Source: an archaeon
GTDB lineage: Archaea; Iainarchaeota; Iainarchaeia; Iainarchaeales; Iainarchaeaceae
Reading direction: 5' to 3'
Length of the DNA: 56,871 bases
NCBI GenBank assembly: GCA_024653905.1
Contig: JANLGZ010000070.1
Location: 1 to 56,871 of the forward strand
Positions within the stretch are counted from its first letter, which is position 1. Every line of letters starts with the position of its first letter. The translations under genes were made by a program, and so were the position numbers. A model generated the notes under the pieces. That model was given only the letters and a program-made list of their open reading frames with translations, searched no databases and was not told the origin of the DNA. Shown here one piece after another: positions 37,497 to 46,755 of this stretch.

Positions 37497-39572
37497 TCAG
37501 ATTTTCTTTGGAGTTATCTTTTCTGCTTTTGCCTTTAACTTAGCCTCATAGTTTGCTTTCCACTCTGTTTTAGTTTCACAATCAGGATTAATGCACATTT
37601 CAAATTTATACCTTGTACCGATAACTTTTATCACTGGTTTTTGACAGGTTTCGCAAATATTAGTTGTAAAAACTACTTTTCCTTTTTGAGGTAAAGGGTA
37701 AGTGTTTGTGCATTTTGGGTATTCTGTGCAACCTAAGAATCTTTTTTTATTACGACTCATTAATTGCCTAAGTTTACCGGAACATTTATCGCAATTCCCT
37801 GCAATAGAATCTTCTCTTCCAGCAGACCTTAAATCAGAACCTATTTCGTCTTTGCTCTTTAACATTCTATCCAAAATATCATGCAAAAATTTTCTTGAAT
37901 CTCCAACAACCTGTTCCTTTGTTTTTTTCCCAGCAGCAACTTTATCCATTTCCTTTTCAATACCCGCGGTCATTTCTGCTTTAACCGCATCAACCTGATG
38001 ATTGGCTAAAGAATCTATAACCGCAAATGCTAATTTACTTGGTTCAATAGCCTTTGCACCAGAAACATATTTTCGGTCATATAATTTTTGTATTGTTGTA
38101 TGCCTCGTGGATTTCGTGCCAATACCAAGGTCTTCCATTAATTTGATTAAAGTTGACTGGCTATACCTTGAAGGAGGTTGGGTTTGCTTTGCAAAAAAAT
38201 CAAGTTTTTCAAGATTTACTTTATCTCCTTCTTTCATAGGCGGGAGAATAACCTCTGAAATTGTCGAATAAGGATAAATCTCTTTCCAGCCAGGGTCAAC
38301 AATACGCTGACCGTTTGCAACAAAGGGTTCTTTTCCTAATAAAATTTCAACAGATTGGTTTTCAGTTTTTGCATCATCTCCTAATGTAGCCAAAAAACGC
38401 CTTACAATTAATTCATAAATTTTCCAGTGATTTTCACTAAGTTTTTCTTTAGAAGCAGCAGTTACAGGATGAATAGGCGGATGATCCTTAGTTTCTTTTT
38501 TGCCCCTAGAAGGATTAAGGGGGTATTTAGATAATATTTTTTCTGCATCTTTTTTGAAATCAGGAACCTTTGCAATTTCATTCAAGATTTTTTTCAAATC
38601 AAGAGTTGGAGAATAAACTGTGTTATCCGTTCTTGGATAAGAGGTTAATCCTTGTTGGTATAGCGATTCTGCATATTCCATGGCTTGGCCTGCACTAAAA
38701 CCAATAGATGTGGCCTGCCTCAAAAAATCAGTTGTGTTGAAAGGGGTTGGTTTTTTCAGGATTCTTTTTGTGCTTTTAATACTTTTAACAATTCCTTCCT
38801 TTGCATGTTCTTTATATATTTTTTCAGGCTCTTCTTTTTCCCAGAATTTTCCTTTTTTGTGCTCTGCCTCAAAAGTTTTTGAATCCTTGCTGAAAAGTGC
38901 TTTCAATTCCCAATAATTCTTGCTTACAAAAGCGTTTCTTTCCTTTTCACGCTGAACAATCAAAGCCAAAGCAGGAGTTTGAACTCTTCCAACACTCAAA
39001 TATTCTTTTCCGAGTTTTCCTGAAACAAGAGACATGAATCTGGTTAATACCGCACCCCAAATAAGATCAATTTCTCTTCTTGCATCGGCAGAATCTGCAA
39101 AATTATAATCAACATCAACAAGTTTTGAAAAAGATTCATCAATATCTGTTTTTGTAATAGCTGAAAAATAAGCCCTCTTGATTTTTACTTTAGGGTTTGA
39201 TGCTTTAACATAATTCAGCGCCTCAACTCCAATTGATTCACCTTCCCTATCAGCATCTGTTGCAATTATGACCTCATCAACTTCCTTTGCCGCGGATTTT
39301 AAAGCATAAATAATCTGTGTTTCTTTTCCCGCATATTCGATTTCCGCATCGATTAATTTTTTCAAATCAGTTCCGACCCAGTAACTGTATTTTTTCGGAA
39401 ATTCAACATCAACAATGTGGCCCCTTAAAGGAACAACAACATATTCATCATTTCCTTTATTGAATCTGAATGCCTGAGCAGAACCAATGCTTGATAACGG
39501 CACTTGTTTGCCCGCAAGAATATTAGCAATATTTCTTCCCGCAATTGCTTTTTCACTTATAATCAGTTTCAT
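37497..39572 (-). CDS. topA: type IA DNA topoisomerase
   Basis: ISEK, TDADREGE, GRVQTP, SYPRTD active-site Tyr, C-terminal zinc ribbons. Confidence 0.97.
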   Translation of the reverse strand: MKLIISEKAIAGRNIANILAGKQVPLSSIGSAQAFRFNKGNDEYVVVPLRGHIVDVEFPKKYSYWVGTDLKKLIDAEIEYAGKETQIIYALKSAAKEVDEVIIATDADREGESIGVEALNYVKASNPKVKIKRAYFSAITKTDIDESFSKLVDVDYNFADSADARREIDLIWGAVLTRFMSLVSGKLGKEYLSVGRVQTPALALIVQREKERNAFVSKNYWELKALFSKDSKTFEAEHKKGKFWEKEEPEKIYKEHAKEGIVKSIKSTKRILKKPTPFNTTDFLRQATSIGFSAGQAMEYAESLYQQGLTSYPRTDNTVYSPTLDLKKILNEIAKVPDFKKDAEKILSKYPLNPSRGKKETKDHPPIHPVTAASKEKLSENHWKIYELIVRRFLATLGDDAKTENQSVEILLGKEPFVANGQRIVDPGWKEIYPYSTISEVILPPMKEGDKVNLEKLDFFAKQTQPPSRYSQSTLIKLMEDLGIGTKSTRHTTIQKLYDRKYVSGAKAIEPSKLAFAVIDSLANHQVDAVKAEMTAGIEKEMDKVAAGKKTKEQVVGDSRKFLHDILDRMLKSKDEIGSDLRSAGREDSIAGNCDKCSGKLRQLMSRNKKRFLGCTEYPKCTNTYPLPQKGKVVFTTNICETCQKPVIKVIGTRYKFEMCINPDCETKTEWKANYEAKLKAKAEKITPKKI

Positions 39573-39656
39573 GATGACCGCTGAATAAGCTTCCCTTTGA
39601 AAAAGAATTTAAATAGCTGTGAAAAAGATTAAAAATCTGGGAAACGTTAATTGTTC

Positions 39657-40862
39657 ATGTTTGATGCATTAAGCCAATTAGCAATAATTCTGGTTGTTAG
39701 TTTTTTTCTTAAAGAACTTGCGGATAAGGCAAAAATACCTTTTATTGTATTGCTTATTTTAGGAGGCACTTCCCTTGCAACTTATGGAATAATCGATGTA
39801 AAAAGTTTAACTCCTCTTCCTGAAATGATTAGAACAATAGCATTAATACTGGTTGTTTTCAGTTCAGCATTTTACTTAAATATAGAGGAACTAAAAAAAC
39901 ACTCAAAATCATTAGTGATGCTTGCAACAATCGGAGTTTTACTTACTGCTTTAATGATTACAACAACAACACTCTATCTTCTCCCGATTCCGCTTATAAC
40001 TGCAGCTTTTTTAGGAGTTCTGCTTTCAGGAACTGATCCTGCTGCAATTTCACAGGCTCTTTCAAAAAAAGAAAGTAAGGTCGGTGAACTTTTAAGAGCA
40101 GAGAGTTTGTTTAATTCTCCAGTAACAGTAATACTTCCTTTGCTTTTGCTTGATTTTATTGCATTCCCTGAAGATGCATTGCTGAATGTTCCAAAATTAT
40201 TTTTATTAATAACAATTGGAATAATGATTGGCGCAGCAGGCGGAGTTATCGGAAAAAAACTTTTAAACCAAACAAAACTAGAACACAGCCAGACTTTAGG
40301 ATTAGCAATAGCAATAGCAACCTATGTTATTGCAGAACAATTATTAGGATCAGGAATAATGGCAGTTGCTGTATGCAGTATACTATTAAATTCCGGAAAT
40401 TTTCCAAGAAAAACATTTTTAGGAGAATTCAATTCTGAATTAGCATTTATTTCAACCTTATTTGTATTCATGCTTTTAGGTGCGCAATTCCAAGTGAGCG
40501 ATTTGATTTTCACAAGACAGGAAATAATAGCAGTGGTACTCGCACTTATACTTGCAAGAATGCTGACAACACTTGTTGTGCTTTTTAATTCAGAATTTAA
40601 TCTTTCAGAAAAAATCAAAATCGGTTTAATTGCTCCAAAAGGAGTTTCGCCCGCAGCTTTAGCGCCATTGGTTTTGATACCTGCTTACGGAATTATCGGG
40701 GCAGAAATAATTGTAAAAATAACTTACGTTGCAATAATACTCAGCATACTTATCTCTCTTATTATAACAAGAATTACGGTCCAGCCAAAAACAGAAGAAG
40801 AAAAATTACAGGAAGAACTAATAGAAAAAAAAGAACTTAGGGAAAAGAAGAAAATTTCATAA
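39657..40862 (+). CDS. cation:proton antiporter (CPA1/NhaP-like)
   Basis: TDPAA, ESLFNS and PKG motifs; many TM helices. Confidence 0.88.
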   Translation: MFDALSQLAIILVVSFFLKELADKAKIPFIVLLILGGTSLATYGIIDVKSLTPLPEMIRTIALILVVFSSAFYLNIEELKKHSKSLVMLATIGVLLTALMITTTTLYLLPIPLITAAFLGVLLSGTDPAAISQALSKKESKVGELLRAESLFNSPVTVILPLLLLDFIAFPEDALLNVPKLFLLITIGIMIGAAGGVIGKKLLNQTKLEHSQTLGLAIAIATYVIAEQLLGSGIMAVAVCSILLNSGNFPRKTFLGEFNSELAFISTLFVFMLLGAQFQVSDLIFTRQEIIAVVLALILARMLTTLVVLFNSEFNLSEKIKIGLIAPKGVSPAALAPLVLIPAYGIIGAEIIVKITYVAIILSILISLIITRITVQPKTEEEKLQEELIEKKELREKKKIS

Positions 40863-41330
40863 TCTTTTCTGCAAAGAAAAAGAAGGCAAAGCTTTGGATT
40901 TCTTTACCTCTGAAATAACAACAAGAGTTTTAATATCCAAAACACCATCCATTTTTGAGAGACTATCAACAAACTTTTCAGCAGAATCAAGGTCAGGAAC
41001 AACAAGCTTTGCAAGGATATTATACTCCCCTAAAACCTGATTGAGGTCAAGCACATAATCAAGTTCTTTGAGTTTTTTGATTACATCACGGTTTTTTGAA
41101 AGCTCAGAACGAATCTGAACAAAAATAGGATTTTCATAACCAAGAGTTCTCAGGTTCAAATCAGCAGAAATAGCATTAATAACGCCTTTTCGCTTTAAGC
41201 GTTCAAAACGCTTCTTAATGGCAACATCCGTCAGTTTGACTTCCGCTGCAATAGTGCTGAAAGAAGCCCTACCGTCCTCTAAAAGCATGCTGATTATTTT
41301 GTTATCAATTTTATCAAGCGATTCCAACAC
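40857..41330 (-). CDS. Lrp/AsnC transcriptional regulator
   Basis: LDKIDNKIISMLLEDGRASF..IA...RL.RKGVI; GEYNI. Confidence 0.93.
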   Translation of the reverse strand: MLESLDKIDNKIISMLLEDGRASFSTIAAEVKLTDVAIKKRFERLKRKGVINAISADLNLRTLGYENPIFVQIRSELSKNRDVIKKLKELDYVLDLNQVLGEYNILAKLVVPDLDSAEKFVDSLSKMDGVLDIKTLVVISEVKKSKALPSFSLQKRL

Positions 41331-41430
41331 AAAACACCTTTTATTATTAAATAAACAAACACAAAAGCATTAAAAAGTTAATTTTCCAAAAACACGGCAG
41401 GGTTAAGAGTTTTTCTGGTTTAATATTTGC

Positions 41431-42975
41431 ATGCAAAACGCCATCAAAGAAACAATACAAAAACTAATTTTAGAGTGCCAGGAAAGCGGAGCTTCAAAAT
41501 GGGAAGTTATGAAAGTACTTAAAGAACTTGAGAATTTTTCCGGCACAGAACAACAATTGAGAAAAAATACTGCTGAAACATTAGAAAAACTAAATCCTGA
41601 TGCTGCAAAAACATTCAGATCATTTGAAAAACTGAAAGTTTTTACTTCAAAAGAAAAACGCGAAGCATTTGATAGGGGGAACATAATCAAATCTTTGTTA
41701 AAAGAAACAAATATCAGTAGAGGTGTGGCTGAAAAAATCGGAAGCGAAGTCGAAGACGAAATTAAAGATCTGAAAATAGAATATCTCAATACCCACTTAA
41801 TCAGAGAAATGGTTAATGTAAAACTTTTAGGTTACGGACACGAACCTATCCATACACAATACGCAAGACTTGGAATGCCCGTATTTGAAATTGAAAAAAA
41901 ACTTGAGGAAAACTCCGATAACAGCCCTGAGATTCTCAGAGAATATAACTGGCTGAAAATAATAGATCAAAAAGCAAGAAGCCTGCATTTTGATTCTTTA
42001 ATCCATATTTACGCCCCGGAAGATTTTTCAACAAAAATTTTCTGCTTTTCAGATTTTTTAGACGGAACAAAAGAAGAAATCGCAGTAAATGCAACTATTA
42101 TTGACAAGCAGTCAACAGTTCCTTTAACTATTAGAGCAATGAATTTTTCGATTTTTAATTCAACAAATTTAAAATCCAAAAATAAAATTGGAGAAGAAAT
42201 AAAAGCAATTGATTTGATTTTTTCCCTCACACAAAAAAGAACTATTGAACTTGCGCTTTTTAATGATTTTGAATGGCAGGGCCTTGCGGAATATAAAAAA
42301 AAAGCAACTCAGATTGCAAATTCTTTTTTATCAGCAAAAACCAATTCATTCAGCCCTGTTGTAACCCTTGACACCAAATACAAAATTAAACTTCTTGAAA
42401 GAAAAAATATCAAAGGAATCACTCTGGGAAATAATTCAAAAGAACGAACAACACATTTCGATTTCGGAGTTGTTCCCGGAAATACTAATGGTTTACTGCA
42501 ATTAACAGGGGTAAATCTGGAAAAGGTGTTTATTGCCTCTGCAGAAAATGAAACACTTTTTTATGAGAAACTTGAAAAAATATCAAAAACAATTGAGATT
42601 CTTTCTGAAGAAAAAAAAGAACTTTTAGGAAAAAGGAATTATATTGACAAAAAAATTCTAGAGACAATATCAACCGGAGTGAATCTGGCAGGATTATTTA
42701 GTGTAAGTACACAATTAAAAGAAAACAATCCAAGCAAAGCTGCTGAAAACATTATTTCATTTTTCCAGAAAAAAAAGTTTATTACTATGCAGATGAATGA
42801 AAAAGATTCACTGGAAAAATTTGGCATTACCGAGGATTTTGAAAAAACGCAGGGAATTTTAATGGAAATGAATTCGCGTCAGAGAAAAAGCTACGGGTTT
42901 AAATATAAAGTTTCAGGAATCAACGAGGCTGAAGAATTACTGAATGATGTTCCGAGTGTTAAAATTATTTATTAG
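41431..42975 (+). CDS. ATP-cone protein, degenerate or truncated class III ribonucleotide reductase (NrdD)-like
   Basis: ATP cone (VFTS..REAFDR..I..SLLKET), IREMVNVKLL, RLGMPVF and EY..H..IHI as in the archaeal NrdD N-terminus; no C-terminal RxxGY. Confidence 0.7.
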   Translation: MQNAIKETIQKLILECQESGASKWEVMKVLKELENFSGTEQQLRKNTAETLEKLNPDAAKTFRSFEKLKVFTSKEKREAFDRGNIIKSLLKETNISRGVAEKIGSEVEDEIKDLKIEYLNTHLIREMVNVKLLGYGHEPIHTQYARLGMPVFEIEKKLEENSDNSPEILREYNWLKIIDQKARSLHFDSLIHIYAPEDFSTKIFCFSDFLDGTKEEIAVNATIIDKQSTVPLTIRAMNFSIFNSTNLKSKNKIGEEIKAIDLIFSLTQKRTIELALFNDFEWQGLAEYKKKATQIANSFLSAKTNSFSPVVTLDTKYKIKLLERKNIKGITLGNNSKERTTHFDFGVVPGNTNGLLQLTGVNLEKVFIASAENETLFYEKLEKISKTIEILSEEKKELLGKRNYIDKKILETISTGVNLAGLFSVSTQLKENNPSKAAENIISFFQKKKFITMQMNEKDSLEKFGITEDFEKTQGILMEMNSRQRKSYGFKYKVSGINEAEELLNDVPSVKIIY

Positions 42976-43696
42976 AATGATAAATTTTTATAAGTTCAAA
43001 TCTTTCCATGTAAATCCTGGTTTTTAAAACTTCCAAAAAAGGAACCAAAAAAACCAGTGCTATTAAAAGCGAAAAGAAATTTCCAACAAGTAAAAAGTAA
43101 TCTATAATAAATTCAAATAATTGCAATAAAAAAATACTTACTAATCCTATTATTATTACTAAAATAAAATCTGAAAAATTCTTTGTTATAAAATCCCAAT
43201 TTGTGAGCACAGAACTACTCAGACTTTCCTCATCAACAACAATTGTCTGAGCTAAAAATAAAAAAGATGAAGAAATAATGAATAAAATTAAATTAATTGC
43301 TTCAATTGGAAAACCATAAGCTATAAGCAAAGAAGAAACCAATGCAGCAATTACAGTAAAGATTGCAAGGAACCTGAAATATTTGAAAGCAAGTTTGTGA
43401 ATTTTTTCATTCAGAAAATAATTTATTTTTACATTACTCAAATCCTTTCTTACTGAAAAAACCATTAAACAAACAAACAAAGAATAAAAATACAAAAAAA
43501 CCAGCAAAGTTATCAGAAGCAGAACTGCATCCAAAATAGGTTCTTTTATGAAACCGTAATCTATGAGTACTGTTCCTGAGGAAATGAATACATTTGAAAG
43601 CCATACAAACGGCAGTACAAAAACAAGCAGTAATGCAAAGCTGAATGCTGTTGACAGATTTTTTTTATAACTGATTATCGCACTAGCAAAACTCAT
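42965..43696 (-). CDS. hypothetical membrane protein
   Basis: 243 aa, about 6 TM. Confidence 0.75.
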   Translation of the reverse strand: MSFASAIISYKKNLSTAFSFALLLVFVLPFVWLSNVFISSGTVLIDYGFIKEPILDAVLLLITLLVFLYFYSLFVCLMVFSVRKDLSNVKINYFLNEKIHKLAFKYFRFLAIFTVIAALVSSLLIAYGFPIEAINLILFIISSSFLFLAQTIVVDEESLSSSVLTNWDFITKNFSDFILVIIIGLVSIFLLQLFEFIIDYFLLVGNFFSLLIALVFLVPFLEVLKTRIYMERFELIKIYHSNK

Positions 43697-44154
43697 TGTG
43701 AAACCCCCTCAGGTTTTATTTCTTCATCAAAATTTTCAATTAAAACCCTTGCACCCCAGCCACCGATTCCGGCTAATACAAAGTAAATGAAACTGGATTG
43801 TATAAACTGATCAAAATAATCTATCTTGAAAAGAGAAACATCAACTCCTGATAATAAAGCCTGGTTCCCAAAATAATAAAATGCTGCAACATAAAAAGCA
43901 AGGTATGCCCCAATAGCAAAAATTATCGGGAAAATATAAACAAAAACATCTCCGAAACCCAGGTCTTCTCTTATCCAAGGGATTAGTAAGTAAATGAAGA
44001 AAAATCCAGGCATAGGAAGCAAAAATAGAGTATAATCAAGTTTGTCAAAGCCTGCTAAATTCCAGTCCTGCAGAGGAGTAAATAAGCTAATTGCATACAA
44101 TGCAATGTAAACCAATACAAAAACAAACAAAACTTTCGGGGTGTTAGAACTCAT
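43693..44154 (-). CDS. hypothetical membrane protein
   Basis: 153 aa, about 4 TM; ATGA overlap. Confidence 0.75.
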   Translation of the reverse strand: MSSNTPKVLFVFVLVYIALYAISLFTPLQDWNLAGFDKLDYTLFLLPMPGFFFIYLLIPWIREDLGFGDVFVYIFPIIFAIGAYLAFYVAAFYYFGNQALLSGVDVSLFKIDYFDQFIQSSFIYFVLAGIGGWGARVLIENFDEEIKPEGVSQ

Positions 44155-44213
44155 TTAAACCTACGTAAAATGGTCGCAATTGGTTTATAACTATTATGAT
44201 TTCAATCTTTTTC

Positions 44214-45182
44214 ATGGCAAATATTGCAGAATTGCCCTGGATTGAAAAATACAGACCGGACAAACTAAAGGATATTGTTGGGCAAAAAGAAATTACAAGA
44301 AGACTTGAAAATTACGTAAAAAATAATACAATGTCTAATTTATTGTTCACAGGGCAAGCAGGAATAGGAAAAACAAGCTGTTCTGTTGCACTTGCGAAGG
44401 AATTTTTCAAGGACAGCTTTTCTCAGAATTTTTTAGAATTAAATGCCTCTGATGAAAGGGGGATTGATGTTGTACGTGATACTATAAAGAATTTTGCGCG
44501 CACACTTGCTTTTGATTTTGGATTTAAAATAATTTTTCTGGATGAAAGTGATGCTTTAACAACGGATGCACAGCAGGCACTAAGAAGAACAATGGAAAAA
44601 TACGCAAGAACCTGTAGATTTATTCTTTCATGCAATTATTCCTCGAAAATAATTGAACCTATTCAATCAAGATGTGTTGTTTTCAGATTCAGCCAGCTTT
44701 CAGCAAAAGATATAAATGGAAAAATAAAAGAAATTGCAAAAGCAGAAAAGGTTGAAATTGATGACAAAGCAATAGAGGCAATAGTTTATGTTTGTGAAGG
44801 GGATTTAAGAAAAGCGATTAATATTTTACAGGCATCAGCGGTAACAGGAGAAAAAATTACAGATAAAGTAATTTACGAAGTTTCATCCAAAGCAAGGCCT
44901 GATGAAATAAAACAAATGATTAAGCAAGCATTGAGCGGAGATTTTATGGAAGCAAGAGCTTCACTTGACAAATTAATTTACGAATACGGTATGAGCGGAG
45001 AGGATGTTATTTTGCAATTACACAGGGAATTAATTGCAATGGATGAAAGTGAAGTTCCTTCAAACACAAAAATAGAACTCATTGATACTATTGGAGAATA
45101 CAATTTCAGAATGGTTGAAGGAGCAAATGAAAGGATTCAATTAGAGGCACTGCTTGCACAATTTTTGAAATATAAAAAATAA
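44214..45182 (+). CDS. rfcS: replication factor C small subunit
   Basis: PWIEKYRP, GIGKT, ELNASDERGIDVVR, DESD, SRC. Confidence 0.97.
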   Translation: MANIAELPWIEKYRPDKLKDIVGQKEITRRLENYVKNNTMSNLLFTGQAGIGKTSCSVALAKEFFKDSFSQNFLELNASDERGIDVVRDTIKNFARTLAFDFGFKIIFLDESDALTTDAQQALRRTMEKYARTCRFILSCNYSSKIIEPIQSRCVVFRFSQLSAKDINGKIKEIAKAEKVEIDDKAIEAIVYVCEGDLRKAINILQASAVTGEKITDKVIYEVSSKARPDEIKQMIKQALSGDFMEARASLDKLIYEYGMSGEDVILQLHRELIAMDESEVPSNTKIELIDTIGEYNFRMVEGANERIQLEALLAQFLKYKK

Positions 45183-45210
45183 GCTAAATAAAAAAACTAT
45201 TTTTAATTAA

Positions 45211-46476
45211 TTAAAAAAAATCCGTGATTCTTTTCTGAGTTTTGATTTCATTAAGGAGAAAAGAATTTTTTTTCCAGAATTTCATTGGAATTGTCAATTT
45301 TTGTTCTGCATACTTTAAGGCTAAATCAAGAGAATCGAATGAAATAGGTTTTTTCTTCATAGCATCGCGTACGGTTTCTCTTACCTTCCATACCCCCAAA
45401 GACGGGGTTCCAGCATCGCCAATTTCGCGGAAAACAATAGCAGAAGCATGCTTCTTTTTTTCAAGCAAGTGTTCTGTTATTGCGATTCTTGTAGCATAAT
45501 AGCCCCCTGCTGTATTTTCAGCATAATTTTTTCTCCCTTTGTAAAGTTCATGATCGTGCATAAAAGTCGGTTCTTTGGAATCAAGATTCCATGAAGCTCC
45601 TGGTTTCCAAGCTTCCAATAATTCAAAACTCCAAGGTATTGGCAAAAGCAAAATCCAAAAATAATTTTCCAAATAATTGGAAGTGAAAAGCTGATAATCA
45701 GAAATTTCTGAAAAAAATTTTATTTTTTCATCAATAAAATGTTCAGAAAGCTGGGAATCAACAGCAGTAATCGACCATCTTGTTGGAACTAATTTTCTGT
45801 TCTTTTTTACTCCAAGCATTCCAGCGCTTAAAATTTTGTGCAATTGGTTAACCCCAACATCACTTTTGTAAAGTTCCAACATTGCATCTAAACTTTTTGC
45901 ATCAGTATCGCTGTATAAATAATCTATTTTTGGATTAATGCTTGGGTTTTCAGTCATTGAAAATTTTTTCAGTTCAGCCTGAGGTCCCATGGGTGCATGA
46001 AAATCCGAAAAAGAAGAACCCCTTATTCTCGGAGTTCCTTTTAATTTCATCTCAATATCGACAGGCTTTTTCGCCATGAGAGTTTCGTGAATCTCAGTTA
46101 AATCATAATCAGGATCTTTAGCCTGGTTTACCTCTATCTGCATATTTCCTCGCACCAAAGATTCCCTGAAATTAATTATTTCATCAGCAGGTTTTCCAAA
46201 CCAAAGATCAGTATCATCAGTAACCCACGCATCGTTGTTTTCGAGTTTGACTGCAGGCGCCATAGGAGAAAAATTTACTTTGGGATATCCATACCACGAA
46301 ACAAAAACCCCTGGAGGGCTTTTGGACTGGATTTCGTTCTGCTTAATGCTCTGCAAAGTGGTTTTCTTTCGCTCCAAACGCTCCAGAATAAAACATTTTG
46401 AACCGCACCATAATCTGCCTTTGCATTTCACGCATATTTCAGGAGAAGGAGTTACTGCATTCAATGGAACCAACAT
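45211..46476 (-). CDS. nreA: Nre-family DNA repair protein
   Basis: CVKCKGRLWCG, LVPTRWSITAVD, GVWKVRE; C-terminal PIP box QKRITDFF. Confidence 0.93.
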   Translation of the reverse strand: MLVPLNAVTPSPEICVKCKGRLWCGSKCFILERLERKKTTLQSIKQNEIQSKSPPGVFVSWYGYPKVNFSPMAPAVKLENNDAWVTDDTDLWFGKPADEIINFRESLVRGNMQIEVNQAKDPDYDLTEIHETLMAKKPVDIEMKLKGTPRIRGSSFSDFHAPMGPQAELKKFSMTENPSINPKIDYLYSDTDAKSLDAMLELYKSDVGVNQLHKILSAGMLGVKKNRKLVPTRWSITAVDSQLSEHFIDEKIKFFSEISDYQLFTSNYLENYFWILLLPIPWSFELLEAWKPGASWNLDSKEPTFMHDHELYKGRKNYAENTAGGYYATRIAITEHLLEKKKHASAIVFREIGDAGTPSLGVWKVRETVRDAMKKKPISFDSLDLALKYAEQKLTIPMKFWKKNSFLLNEIKTQKRITDFF

Positions 46477-46755
46477 ATATTATATACTCTAACAAGGTAT
46501 TTTGTTTTTATGCCAAAACTCAAAATTAATGAAAGACAAAATACGAGGCATACTGTCAGGGGCTTTGCACCTAAATTAACCAGTAATGGCTTTTTTTTGG
46601 AATTATAAATTTTTGATTTCCAAAAATTTGCTTTTGCAATTTATTTCGGGCATTTTAATCAGAATTCCAACCTCCCAATAATAAAAGAGCAAAGCAGCAG
46701 CCAATTATATACTTTAATATTAGTTTCTCAGCTCAATTCTTGGAGGGAATTAAAC

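Noticed and set aside
41150..41165. tRNA T-loop-like GGTTCAAATC
   Set aside because: Lies inside the Lrp coding sequence and no cloverleaf can be formed.
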